Shown: positions 38,279-47,448, counted from the stretch's first letter. The stretch: 64,000 bases of DNA from Variibacter sp. (GCA_039808325.1 JBDHSU010000007.1:665-64664), one strand, 5' to 3'. The notes: generated by a model not told the origin, from the sequence alone. Numbers and translations are program-made.

Positions 38279-39562
38279 TCAACGTACCCGAAAACTGATG
38301 GGCACGGTGAAGCTGACGGACCGCCCATCGGGCGGCGGCGGAAACGGCGAAGCACGGCGCACCATCGCCGTCACTTCCCGGTCAAGGCTTGCGATGCCGC
38401 TGCTGCGGGCGAGGTGCGCCGAGGTGACGCTCCCGCTTCCGCTCAATGTGAACGTCACACTCGCCACACCCTGATCGCCGCGACTGCGCGCATCGGCAGG
38501 GAACTGCTTATAGCGCGCAAGATGCGCCGCGACGATGCCGCGATAATTGCTGTTGCGCTCCGAGTGCCCGCGGCCGACACCGCCCGCGGCCGTCGATGCG
38601 TTGCTCATCGAACGCGAATTATTGCGCTCCCCGACGGCCGCGGCGCGGCGCCTCTCACGCTCCGCCTTCTCGCGTTGGGCCTTTTCACGCTGCGCCTCGC
38701 GCAGCTTGTCCTGGCGCGCCTTCTCACGGCGCGCCTCTTCGCGCCGCTTCTGGCGTTCGACCTCGCGGCGCGGCTCGGCGGCTTTCGGCTTCGGCGCCGC
38801 CGCCGTCTCGTAAACGTGCGTTTCCACCGCTTCCACGGGCTGCGAAGGATTGATGCTCGCCTGCAGTTCCGCTTCCGTGGGCTCCGGGGCCGGCGCCGCC
38901 TGCACCGGCGCGGGCGTTTCCGGCGCATCGGGCACGGGATTGACCGGCGTCACCGGCGCGGCGGCCGCGACTTCGGCCGGCTGCGATTCTATGGGCTTCT
39001 CGGATGCCACCGGCGGAGCGTTCGAGGCTTCCGGCTCGACGACCTTGGCCTGTTCGATCGGCTTATCGGTTTGCTCCGGCTCCAGCGGCGCCTCGGGCAC
39101 GGGGTCCGGCGCCATCGCCGGCGCGGGCGCCGAGATATCGGACTCGCCTTTTTCCGGCGTCGGCCCGGCCGCCATATTGGCGCCGAGCATCAATTCGACC
39201 GATATGGATTCGAGACCGATGCTCGCGGCGGGCGGCGCCTCGTCGTGGAAGACGAAGTAAATGCCGGCATGAATGACCACCGAGCACAGCAGAAAGGCGG
39301 CCCATCGCCGGGCGCGTCCCAAGTCGGCGAAGCCGATCCGTTCCGCCGCCGGAACCGCGATGGCCGGAGCCTGCCGCTCGCTATTGTCGCGGCGCGCGCG
39401 AACGAACGGCACGACGTTGCCGAGGTCGTGCCCGGCCCGAAGCGCGACCGCCTGGTCGCGCGCGACCTGCCGCAGGCCGACGCCCCTGAGCTCAACGACG
39501 GGCGCCGACGCTCCGAGCGCCGGCTCCGTTCGTTCCGCTCTCAAGGTTCGGCCCAAACTCAT
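38279..39562 (-). CDS. tonB: TonB family energy transducer (long form)
   Basis: TM segment WAAFLLCSVVIHAGIYFVF, Pro/Ala/Glu-rich spacer, Lys/Arg/Glu-rich block, C-terminal TonB domain GVASVTFTLSGSGSVTSAHLARSSGIASLDREVTAMV. Confidence 0.85.
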   Translation of the reverse strand: MSLGRTLRAERTEPALGASAPVVELRGVGLRQVARDQAVALRAGHDLGNVVPFVRARRDNSERQAPAIAVPAAERIGFADLGRARRWAAFLLCSVVIHAGIYFVFHDEAPPAASIGLESISVELMLGANMAAGPTPEKGESDISAPAPAMAPDPVPEAPLEPEQTDKPIEQAKVVEPEASNAPPVASEKPIESQPAEVAAAAPVTPVNPVPDAPETPAPVQAAPAPEPTEAELQASINPSQPVEAVETHVYETAAAPKPKAAEPRREVERQKRREEARREKARQDKLREAQREKAQREKAERERRRAAAVGERNNSRSMSNASTAAGGVGRGHSERNSNYRGIVAAHLARYKQFPADARSRGDQGVASVTFTLSGSGSVTSAHLARSSGIASLDREVTAMVRRASPFPPPPDGRSVSFTVPISFRVR

Positions 39563-39584
39563 GCGCCGTTACGTCCCCTCTGCG

Positions 39585-41699
39585 TCATGCGCCGAACCTG
39601 ATCCGCAGCGACCCTTTATAGGTGATGCCCGGGGCCGGAAGGTAATCGAGGTAGCGCATGTATTGTTCGTTGAGCAGGTTATCGACTGTGAACGACGCCA
39701 GAATGTCGGGGGTCGGTTCATAGCCGATGTAAAGCTTAACGAGGTTGTAGGCTCGCGTTGCCGGAATGTCGGGAAGCCCGTCGCCGTCGTTGTCCGGAAT
39801 ATCCGACGCCGGCTTGGCCCAGACGTGGGCGTAGCGCACCGACATCGTCAGCTTCCGATCCAGCAAGCGAACGCCGAGGGTTCCGGCAACCTGATCCGGC
39901 TGGATCTTCAGGAGCGGCTGGTCGGTCGCGAGGTTGCGGCCCCGGATGTGCTGGCCGGAAACGCCGGCGAACCAGTCGCCGGCATCGTAGGTGGCCTCGC
40001 CTTCCACGCCCTCGAGCCTGGCATTCGCGACGTTACGATACTGAATGAAGCTCGGGATGCCCCACATATTGATCGGGCCGAACGCGAACTGTTCGATGAA
40101 ATCGTCCACGTCGTTGCGGAAGACGTTCGCCTTGATGCGCAGCTTGTCGCCCTGCATCAGCCAGTCGTCGGTGCGGATGTTCACACCGACTTCCTTCGTG
40201 TGTCCGATTTCCGGCTTCAGGCCCGGATTGGGAACGAACTCGAAGCCGGGCTGCGCGCCCGGGAAGGACGCGAACGGCGGGTGCGCGCCGGCGACGAGCG
40301 TCTCGGTCACGGCCGGCGCGCGATAGCCTTCCGCGTAGGTGCCGTACACCGTCAGCCACGGCAGCGGCGTGATGCCGAGCGTCGTCTTCGGCGAGAGGCG
40401 GTCGCCCTCGTTGGTGACCGGACCGCCGTCGAGCTTATAGGCGTCGTAGCGCAGCGCGTTCTGCCATTCGAGCCAGGTCGAGTAGTTCGACTTCAACTGC
40501 ACGAAGCCGCCATAGACATCGCGCTTGCCTGACGGCGTGAACAGATCGCCGGTGCCGGTGATGTCCTTCGACGTCACCTGATCCTGGAAATAATCGATGC
40601 CGTAGGTCAATGCGTTGCGGATCGAAGCGAGCTCGAAGCGCGACGTGTTGTGCAGGTTGAAGCCGTATGTGTCGATATTGACCGAGCGGCTGTCGCCGAC
40701 GAAGCCGGTGATCGGATTGCCGGCGCTGCCGGCCGTGCCGTTGGCGATCTTCAACTGGTCCAGATGCGTCTGCGTCCAGTAGACCGTGCCTTCGGAATCG
40801 AACAGGTTGTCGTCGGGCTTATTGTAGCGCCAGCGGGCGCTGACGGTGTTGTTGTTGAGCTTCGACTGATATTGCGACTCGGCGCCGACGGTGCCGCGGC
40901 TGAGTAGCTGGCCGGTCACGAAGTTGAACTCCTGCGCGGTGGCGCTGAGCTTGATCTCATGGCCGTCCCAGGGGCGGAACGTCGCCTTGCCGATGCCGGC
41001 TTGAACCTCGGATCCGGTGTTCGGAACGAGATCGCCGTTGCCGTCGGCATAGGCCCCGTTCTTGCGGTGCACGTAGCCGGCGAAGAGGTCGACCGTGTCC
41101 AGCGGGCGCGCCGCCCAGAAGATCGAACCCAGCCCGCGCGCGGTGTTGGAGCCGATCTCGCCGTGGCCCAGAAAGCCCCATTTCTCACCGGGGCGCAGGA
41201 TGTCGTCGACGTCCTTGGTCCGGATCGAAACGACACCGCCGATCGCGCCCGAGCCGTTGATATTGGCGACAGGACCGCGCACGACATCGACGCCGCCGAC
41301 CAGTTCCGGATCGAGGAAGAAGGTGCCGTCCGCATTGTGGCCGGTCTGCTGAAAGTTCTGGCGGGCGCCGTCGACGACAACGGCAACGCGGCCGAAATCC
41401 TGCAGGCCGCGAATGTTGATGGACGTTCCGGGGTTGTCCCCGCGCTCCTGGAACGTGACGCTCGGCATCCCAAAGAAAATATCCGAAAGCCGCGAGGGGG
41501 CGATCTGGTTGATCTGCTCCTGGCGCACGGTGCTCACGGCGGACAGCGATTCGATCGCCTTTTCCTCCGTTTTCGTCGCGACGACCGTGATCGCGTCCAG
41601 TTCCTGCGCCGGCTGCGCGAAAGCGCGGCTCGTCGCCGCAATCGTAAGGACCGACGCGCCTAGCAAAAGCGCGCGGCCGTACTTCCCCGAAAGATACAT
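39585..41699 (-). CDS. hmuR: TonB-dependent heme/hemoglobin receptor
   Basis: Signal peptide, TonB box DAITVVAT, heme-receptor FRAP/NPNL-like boxes (GYRAPAVTE, FVPNPGLKPE with His nearby). ATG 41699 (the track start 41708 is GTG). Confidence 0.9.
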   Translation of the reverse strand: MYLSGKYGRALLLGASVLTIAATSRAFAQPAQELDAITVVATKTEEKAIESLSAVSTVRQEQINQIAPSRLSDIFFGMPSVTFQERGDNPGTSINIRGLQDFGRVAVVVDGARQNFQQTGHNADGTFFLDPELVGGVDVVRGPVANINGSGAIGGVVSIRTKDVDDILRPGEKWGFLGHGEIGSNTARGLGSIFWAARPLDTVDLFAGYVHRKNGAYADGNGDLVPNTGSEVQAGIGKATFRPWDGHEIKLSATAQEFNFVTGQLLSRGTVGAESQYQSKLNNNTVSARWRYNKPDDNLFDSEGTVYWTQTHLDQLKIANGTAGSAGNPITGFVGDSRSVNIDTYGFNLHNTSRFELASIRNALTYGIDYFQDQVTSKDITGTGDLFTPSGKRDVYGGFVQLKSNYSTWLEWQNALRYDAYKLDGGPVTNEGDRLSPKTTLGITPLPWLTVYGTYAEGYRAPAVTETLVAGAHPPFASFPGAQPGFEFVPNPGLKPEIGHTKEVGVNIRTDDWLMQGDKLRIKANVFRNDVDDFIEQFAFGPINMWGIPSFIQYRNVANARLEGVEGEATYDAGDWFAGVSGQHIRGRNLATDQPLLKIQPDQVAGTLGVRLLDRKLTMSVRYAHVWAKPASDIPDNDGDGLPDIPATRAYNLVKLYIGYEPTPDILASFTVDNLLNEQYMRYLDYLPAPGITYKGSLRIRFGA

Positions 41700-41844
41700 G
41701 TGCCCCACCCAAATTCGCAGTTCGTATTGAGCTGGCGGGCGACCGCACGGGCGGGGCTAGCTGGCAAACTATGGCGTTGCTGTGATCAGCAAGTGTTGCG
41801 TTTGTAGGTCCCATGTATTAGGCACGTCAAGGAGAAGTTCTTAC

Positions 41845-41861
41845 TCTTAAATCTTTCTAAA
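41845..41861. promoter_or_regulatory. Irr iron-control-element (ICE)-like motif 1
   Basis: TCTTAAA-TCT-TTCTAAA versus remembered consensus TTTAGAA-N3-TTCTAAA (11/14). Nested in the inverted repeat GTTCTT...AAGAAC (41837-41865). Confidence 0.35.
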
Positions 41862-41878
41862 GAACAGATGAACTTCAG

Positions 41879-41895
41879 TTTGAAACAATTCCAAA
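41879..41895. promoter_or_regulatory. Irr iron-control-element (ICE)-like motif 2
   Basis: TTTGAAA-CAA-TTCCAAA (11/14 to the ICE consensus, itself palindromic), in the AT-rich hmuR/hemP divergent region. Confidence 0.35.
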
Positions 41896-41953
41896 GTTGG
41901 CCAATTCATGCCGAATACTGGCCGAGCCGCACTCTTACTTTGGACTAATTTGA

Positions 41954-42157
41954 ATGAGCAAGGTCGATCCCGCCGCCGTCCCTCCCTCCGGCCACGCCAA
42001 CCGGAGCGCAAGACAGACGCGCGAGATTCCGATCAGTAACGACCGGATCGAGAGTCACGATCTCTTCGTCGGCACGCGCGAAATCATCATCGGGCACGGC
42101 GAGGACGCCTACCGCCTCCGGCTGACCGCACAAAATAAACTCATCCTCACGAAGTAG
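41954..42157 (+). CDS. hemP: Hemin uptake protein HemP/HmuP
   Basis: 67 aa ending ...LFVGTREIIIGHGEDAYRLRLTAQNKLILTK, the HemP signature. Confidence 0.85.
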   Translation: MSKVDPAAVPPSGHANRSARQTREIPISNDRIESHDLFVGTREIIIGHGEDAYRLRLTAQNKLILTK

Positions 42158-42166
42158 GGTCGTCAC

Positions 42167-43141
42167 ATGGTGCGCGTGTCGCAAAACGGCCGTTCGGCGT
42201 GGCGAAGCGTTCTCGCCGCCGGGGCCCTATTGGCCGTCACGCTGCAGGGCGCAGCCGCCGAAGGCGTCACCGTCAAGGACGCATCCGGCCGCGAAGTGCG
42301 GGTCGAAGACGCAAGCCACATCGTTTCGATCGGCGGCGCCGTCACCGAAATCCTCTATGCGCTCGGCCTCGAGAAGAGGATCGTGGCGATCGACATCACG
42401 AGCCTGTATCCGCCGCGCGCGATGGCGGAAAAGCCGAATGTCGGTTACATGCGCGCCCTCTCGCCGGAAGGCGTGCTCGGTCTCAACCCCTCCCTCGTGC
42501 TCGCGACGGAGGGATCGGGCCCGAAGGAGGCGATCGCCGTCCTGCAATCGGCGAAAGTGCCGTTCGTCCTCGTCCCGGATCCGTATTCGGGCGAAGGCAT
42601 CATCGAAAAGCTGAATCTGATCGCCAAAGTCACCGGCGAAGAGGCCAAGGGCGCTTGCCTCGCCGCGCGCGTGCGCTCCGATCTCGATGCCGTCGCGGCG
42701 CTGCGCAAGCGCATCGACAAACCGGTGAAAGTGCTTTTCGTCCTATCGTTCGTGAACGGCCGCGCGATGGTCGCGGGCCGCAACACGGCGGCCGACGGCA
42801 TCATCAAGCTCGCCGGCGGCGTCAACGCGATCTCGGAATACGAAGGCTACAAGCCCATCAACGACGAATCGGTCATTGCGGCGAATCCGGATTTCGTTCT
42901 CGCGATGAATCGCGGCCCCGAGTCGCTGACCGCCGAAGCCGTTTTCGCGAACGCGGCGTTCAGCGCGACGGCGGCCAGCGCCCACAAGGCGTTCGTCTCC
43001 ATGGACGGGCTTTATCTCCTCGGCTTCGGGCCGCGCACCGCGCGCGCCGCGCGCGATCTCGCAGCGGCGCTCTATCCCGAGCTGCACGCCGACAAGTTGC
43101 CGTCGGAGACGACGGGCGGCGCGGCGCAGGACTGCCCTTGA
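42167..43141 (+). CDS. hmuT: Hemin ABC transporter substrate-binding protein
   Basis: Signal peptide, class-8 periplasmic binding protein layout. Followed by the FecCD permease and ATPase genes. Confidence 0.88.
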   Translation: MVRVSQNGRSAWRSVLAAGALLAVTLQGAAAEGVTVKDASGREVRVEDASHIVSIGGAVTEILYALGLEKRIVAIDITSLYPPRAMAEKPNVGYMRALSPEGVLGLNPSLVLATEGSGPKEAIAVLQSAKVPFVLVPDPYSGEGIIEKLNLIAKVTGEEAKGACLAARVRSDLDAVAALRKRIDKPVKVLFVLSFVNGRAMVAGRNTAADGIIKLAGGVNAISEYEGYKPINDESVIAANPDFVLAMNRGPESLTAEAVFANAAFSATAASAHKAFVSMDGLYLLGFGPRTARAARDLAAALYPELHADKLPSETTGGAAQDCP

Positions 43142-44232
43142 TGGCAGAGCTTGCGCATCCGGCGGCGGCGCGTTCCTCGCGCAACTGGCGGCCGGGCGCG
43201 CCGGGCGCGACAGCGACGATCACCGTCCTTTGCATCGCCCTGCTCCTGTCGGCCGTCGCCTCCGCCACCGTCGGCGCCGCCGGCATTCCGCTGGAGCGGC
43301 TCATGGCGGCGGCCTTCGGAACCGGAGCGGATACGCCGCTGCTCGCGCGCGACCAGCTCGTCCTGTGGTCGGTGCGTCTGCCGCGCATTCTCCTCGCCGC
43401 GATCGTCGGCGCGCTGCTCGGCGCCGCCGGAACGCTGATGCAAGGCCTCTTCCGCAATCCCCTCGCCGATCCCGGCCTCGTCGGCGTCTCGGCCGGGGGC
43501 GCACTCGCCGCAGCCGCGGCCATCGTCTTCGGCGACCGCCTGCTGCACGCGACCGGCTGGCGTCCGCCGTTCGAGCTCCTGCCGGTCGCCGCGTTCGTCG
43601 GCTCGCTGATCGCGACCGTCATCCTTTACCGCATCGCGACGCGCGAGGGGCGCACCTCGGTCGCAACCTTCCTGCTCGCCGGCCTCGCCCTCGGCGCGCT
43701 GGCGATGGCAGGCGTCGGACTGCTCGTCTTCATGGCCGACGACCGGCAATTGCGCGATATCACCTTCTGGACGCTCGGCTCCCTCACCGGCGCGACGTGG
43801 CCGAAGGTCGCGAGCCTCGCGCCCATCGTCCTCGCGCTCGTCGTTGCGATGCCGTTCATGGCGCGCAGTCTCGATCTGCTTGTGCTGGGCGAGGCGGAAG
43901 CCTTTCACATGGGCATCGCGGTCGAGCGCCTGAAGCGCTACGCCATCGTCGCCGTCGCCGCGGCAACGGGCGCGGCCGTCTCGATTTCCGGCGTCATCGG
44001 ATTCGTCGGCATCATCGTGCCGCATCTTTTAAGGCTGGTCATCGGCCCCGGGCACCGGCTGCTGCTGCCGTCGTCGATGCTGTTCGGCGCGATCCTGCTG
44101 ATGATCGCCGACACCTTCGCGCGCACCGTCGCCGCGCCCGCCGAACTCCCGATCGGCATTCTCACGGCGCTGATCGGCGCGCCCTTCTTCCTCTCGCTCC
44201 TGCTGCGCCAGCGCGGCGTCTTCGGCCTATGA
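43141..44232 (+). CDS. hmuU: Hemin ABC transporter permease (FecCD family)
   Basis: ATG 43141 overlapping the hmuT stop (TGATG). FecCD-type repeats, ...LTALIGAPFFLSLLLRQR C-terminus. Confidence 0.92.
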   Translation: MAELAHPAAARSSRNWRPGAPGATATITVLCIALLLSAVASATVGAAGIPLERLMAAAFGTGADTPLLARDQLVLWSVRLPRILLAAIVGALLGAAGTLMQGLFRNPLADPGLVGVSAGGALAAAAAIVFGDRLLHATGWRPPFELLPVAAFVGSLIATVILYRIATREGRTSVATFLLAGLALGALAMAGVGLLVFMADDRQLRDITFWTLGSLTGATWPKVASLAPIVLALVVAMPFMARSLDLLVLGEAEAFHMGIAVERLKRYAIVAVAAATGAAVSISGVIGFVGIIVPHLLRLVIGPGHRLLLPSSMLFGAILLMIADTFARTVAAPAELPIGILTALIGAPFFLSLLLRQRGVFGL

Positions 44233-45026
44233 GCGCCGTTCTGGAAGCCGTGCGGGTCTCCGTCCAGGCGGGACGCAAGACCATTCTCGACGGAGCGAGC
44301 GTCGGCGTATCCCACGGCGAGACGCTGGCCCTGGTCGGTCCGAACGGCGCGGGAAAATCGACGCTGCTCAAGGTGCTGTCCGGCGAGCTACGGCCCGCAA
44401 CCGGGCACGTCGCGCTGCACGGCAAGCCCGTCGCCTCCTACGCGCCGCAGGCGCTGGCACAGCGCCGCGCCGTCCTCTCGCAGAGCGTAACCGTCGCGTT
44501 TCCTTTCACCGTCGGCGAGATCGTCGCCATGGGCGCGGGCGACCGCGGCGGGCGGACGCGCGATGCGATGGTGGAAACCGCGCTCGCCGATGTCGACCTG
44601 GCGGACTGCGGCGGGCGCATCATCACGACGCTGTCCGGCGGCGAGCAGCAGCGTGCGCATTTCGCCCGCGTGCTCGTCCAGCTTTCCTGTGGGGAAGACC
44701 TGCACGGGCCTGGCGTGCTGCTGCTCGACGAGCCGACATCCAATCTCGATCTACGCCATCAACTCGCGCTGATCGCCGCGGCGCAACGGCGCGCCGCGCG
44801 CGGAACCGCCGTGATCGCCGTGCTGCACGACCTCAATCTCGCGGTGCTGCTCGGCAAGCGCATCGTCGTGCTGGAGCAGGGGCACATCGTCGGCGACGGC
44901 ACGCCGCGCGAGATCGTCACCGACGACATGCTGGCGAAGGTCTTCAAGGTGCCCGGAGCCGTCGGCCGCGTGCCAGCGGATGTCCCGTTCGTACTGCCGC
45001 ACGGAATTGCGACGGCCGCTCCCTAG
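44229..45026 (+). CDS. hmuV: Hemin ABC transporter ATP-binding protein
   Basis: ATG 44229 (ATGA overlap). GPNGAGKSTLL, LSGGEQQR, LLLDEPTSNLD. Confidence 0.92.
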   Translation: MSAVLEAVRVSVQAGRKTILDGASVGVSHGETLALVGPNGAGKSTLLKVLSGELRPATGHVALHGKPVASYAPQALAQRRAVLSQSVTVAFPFTVGEIVAMGAGDRGGRTRDAMVETALADVDLADCGGRIITTLSGGEQQRAHFARVLVQLSCGEDLHGPGVLLLDEPTSNLDLRHQLALIAAAQRRAARGTAVIAVLHDLNLAVLLGKRIVVLEQGHIVGDGTPREIVTDDMLAKVFKVPGAVGRVPADVPFVLPHGIATAAP

Positions 45027-45042
45027 TCGAGCGCGAGAGATA

Positions 45043-45171
45043 TCGTCCCCGCGAAGGCGAGGCCCCCCGTAACCACCGACTTCGTTGCTCTCGCGAGACA
45101 GGGCGTACTGGATGCCCGCCGGAAGTCCGTACTCGGGCCGGCCGGAGGCCGGACCCGGGTGCGGGCATGAC
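45043..45171. repeat. Family-C palindromic element
   Basis: TCGTCCCCGCGAAGGCGAGG ... GCCGGACCCGGGTGCGGGCATGAC, between convergent hmuV and the amidohydrolase gene. Confidence 0.75.
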
Positions 45172-45175
45172 AGTC

Positions 45176-46402
45176 TTAGTTCAGCGTATTCTTGACGAAG
45201 GCGCCGCCCTTCATGATCGCCAGCATTCGGTCGCCCTGGCCGGTCAGGACGGCGATGTCTTTCAGCGGATCGCCGTCGACGACGATCAGGTCCGCGAAAG
45301 CGTCCGGCGCGATGACGCCGAGCCTGCCTTTCATGCCGACCACGTTCGCCGCGACCGAGGTCGCGCTGGCGATCACTTCCCGCACCGGGAGCACCTGGGC
45401 GCGGATGGTGAACTCCTCCGACTGGCGGCGATGCATGTCGCCAAGAAGGTCGGTGCCGTAGGCCATCGTCACGCCGGCCGTCCGCATGATCTCCAGCGAC
45501 TTGAGACCGGCGAGACGCACATCGTCGATCTTTCCGACCGAAACCGCCGGAAGGCCGAGGCTCGCGCCCTCCTGCTTCAAGGCTTCGAACGTCACGAGCG
45601 TCGGCACCGCCCAGGCGCCGCGCTCGACCATCAGCTTCGCCGTCGCGGCGGTGATCAGGTTCGCGTGCTCGACGGACTTGACGCCGCATTCGACGCAGCG
45701 GCGAATGGCATCGTCGGTATAGAGGTGCGCGGCGACGTAGGTGCGCGCCATCTCCGCCTCCTCGACGATCGCCGTCACCTCCTCGCGCGAGAAGCCGAAG
45801 TACTGGATCGGGTCGGTCGGCGAGGCAACGCCGCCGTTCGCCATGATCTTGATGAAATCGGCGCCGCCCTTGAGCTCCTCGCGCGACGCGCGGCGGACTT
45901 CCGGAATGCCGTCGCAGATGCGGCCGAGGGAGCCGAGCTGTCGGTCGTAATAGGCGCGTTCGCGCGCATCGTAAGGCCCGCGCAAGTCGGCATGGCCGCC
46001 CGTCTGCGACAACGCCTTGCCGGAAATCACCAACCGCGGGCCGATGATCGAGCCTTCCTCCGACGCGAGCTTCAGGCCGACATCGGCGCCGCCGACATCG
46101 CGCACGGTGGTGAAGCCGCGCATCAGCATCGCATGCATGATGCCGCTCGCCCGCGCCGCGATCAGCGAATTCGGCAGCAGCGCGTTCTGTGCGAGATTGA
46201 CGAGGCTGGCGATGACGTGGACATGGCAATCGATCAGGCCGGGCATCAACGTCTTGCCCTTGAGATCGATCACCTGCGCCGAACTCTTGATCGGCTTGTC
46301 GCTCACCTCACGAAAGCGATCGCCCTCGATCAACACGTTCATGCCCGTCACGGGCTTGTCAGCCGCGCCGTCGACGATGGCAGCATTTTTCAAGAGAATC
46401 AT
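45176..46402 (-). CDS. Amidohydrolase family protein (metal-dependent, Xaa-Pro/amino-acid amidase-like)
   Basis: ATG 46402 (MILLKNAAIVDG...). GLIDCHVHV metal site. 408 aa. Confidence 0.85.
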   Translation of the reverse strand: MILLKNAAIVDGAADKPVTGMNVLIEGDRFREVSDKPIKSSAQVIDLKGKTLMPGLIDCHVHVIASLVNLAQNALLPNSLIAARASGIMHAMLMRGFTTVRDVGGADVGLKLASEEGSIIGPRLVISGKALSQTGGHADLRGPYDARERAYYDRQLGSLGRICDGIPEVRRASREELKGGADFIKIMANGGVASPTDPIQYFGFSREEVTAIVEEAEMARTYVAAHLYTDDAIRRCVECGVKSVEHANLITAATAKLMVERGAWAVPTLVTFEALKQEGASLGLPAVSVGKIDDVRLAGLKSLEIMRTAGVTMAYGTDLLGDMHRRQSEEFTIRAQVLPVREVIASATSVAANVVGMKGRLGVIAPDAFADLIVVDGDPLKDIAVLTGQGDRMLAIMKGGAFVKNTLN

Positions 46403-46449
46403 CGGACACCCCGCCTTTGCAAAATCGGCCCACTCAATACGACGCGATG

Positions 46450-47448
46450 CTAGCCCGCATTCACGTCGAGCAAAATGCGACCGTTCACCGAGCCCGCCTG
46501 CAGCGCGGCGAGCGCCCGCGCGAACTCTGCCAGCGGCACACGCAGTCCGATGCGCGGCTTGAGCTTTCCGGCGCCGTAAAGCTCGAAAATTTCGTGCTGC
46601 GCGGCGGCGACGCGTTCCGGCTGACGCTCGCGATAGTCCGACCACTGGAGGCCGGTGGCGGTGATGTTCTTCACCAGCAGATAGTTGCTGCGGATCGCCG
46701 GAATATCGCCCGAGGCGAATCCCACGATCACGATGCGACCGCACCAGGCGAGAGCGCGCAACGCCGCCTGATGGCCATCGCCGCCGACGGAGTCGATAAC
46801 GACATCGGCGCCGCCGCCGCCGGTCACACGCGCGACCTCCTCGCGCAATCGATCGCGCAGGTCCGGCATCGTCAGGTCGACGACATCGTCAGCGCCCGCC
46901 TCGCGCGCAACCTGCATGCCGCGCGGTCCGCGCGCCGCGCCGATCACACGCGCGGCGCCGAACGCCTTCGCAAGCTGGATGCTGGCGATGCCGACGCCGC
47001 CCGAAGCACCGAGCACGAGCACCGTCTCGCCCGACTTGAAATCGGCGCGCGCCTTCAATGCGAGATACGCCGTCAGGTAGGTGAGGCCGAGCGCCGCCGC
47101 GTTCGCGAAATCCATGCCGACCGGCATCGGGTAGCAATGCGCCGCCTTCGCGCGCACGCGTTCGGCGTAAGCGCCGTATTCGACCTGGAACGCGACGCGA
47201 TCGCCGATTTTCAGATCGCGCACGCCGGGCCCCACGGACACGACCGTTCCCGCACCGCACTTCCCCGGCGAGAACGGCAGCGGCGGCTTGATCTGATAGC
47301 GGCCTTCCATCACCAGCACGTCCGGGAAATTCATTTCCGAGACCACCGGCGCGACGACGACCTCACCTGGTTGCGGCGTCGGGTCCGGGCAATCTTCGAG
47401 CCTTATCCCGCCGACCGGGCCGAATTCGCGAACAAGAACTGCTTTCAT
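46450..47448 (-). CDS. NADPH:quinone oxidoreductase / MDR family enoyl reductase-like protein
   Basis: ATG 47448 (MKAVLVREFG...). GASGGVGIASIQLAK nucleotide motif. ATGA overlap with the upstream gene. Confidence 0.88.
   Translation of the reverse strand: MKAVLVREFGPVGGIRLEDCPDPTPQPGEVVVAPVVSEMNFPDVLVMEGRYQIKPPLPFSPGKCGAGTVVSVGPGVRDLKIGDRVAFQVEYGAYAERVRAKAAHCYPMPVGMDFANAAALGLTYLTAYLALKARADFKSGETVLVLGASGGVGIASIQLAKAFGAARVIGAARGPRGMQVAREAGADDVVDLTMPDLRDRLREEVARVTGGGGADVVIDSVGGDGHQAALRALAWCGRIVIVGFASGDIPAIRSNYLLVKNITATGLQWSDYRERQPERVAAAQHEIFELYGAGKLKPRIGLRVPLAEFARALAALQAGSVNGRILLDVNAG

Noticed and set aside
41868-41948. 26-codon ORF (MNFSLKQFQSWPIHAEYWPSRTLTLD) ending 5 nt before hemP, possible leader peptide
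   Set aside because: There is no SD. It is very AT-rich relative to coding DNA here and overlaps the ICE-like palindrome, so it is more likely promoter or operator DNA. It would need Ribo-seq to revive.
42199-45026. 677-aa and 598-aa plus-strand ORFs spanning hmuT/U/V
   Set aside because: Only their C-terminal parts are real (hmuU from 43141, hmuV from 44229). The upstream parts are alternative-frame read-through of the preceding genes.
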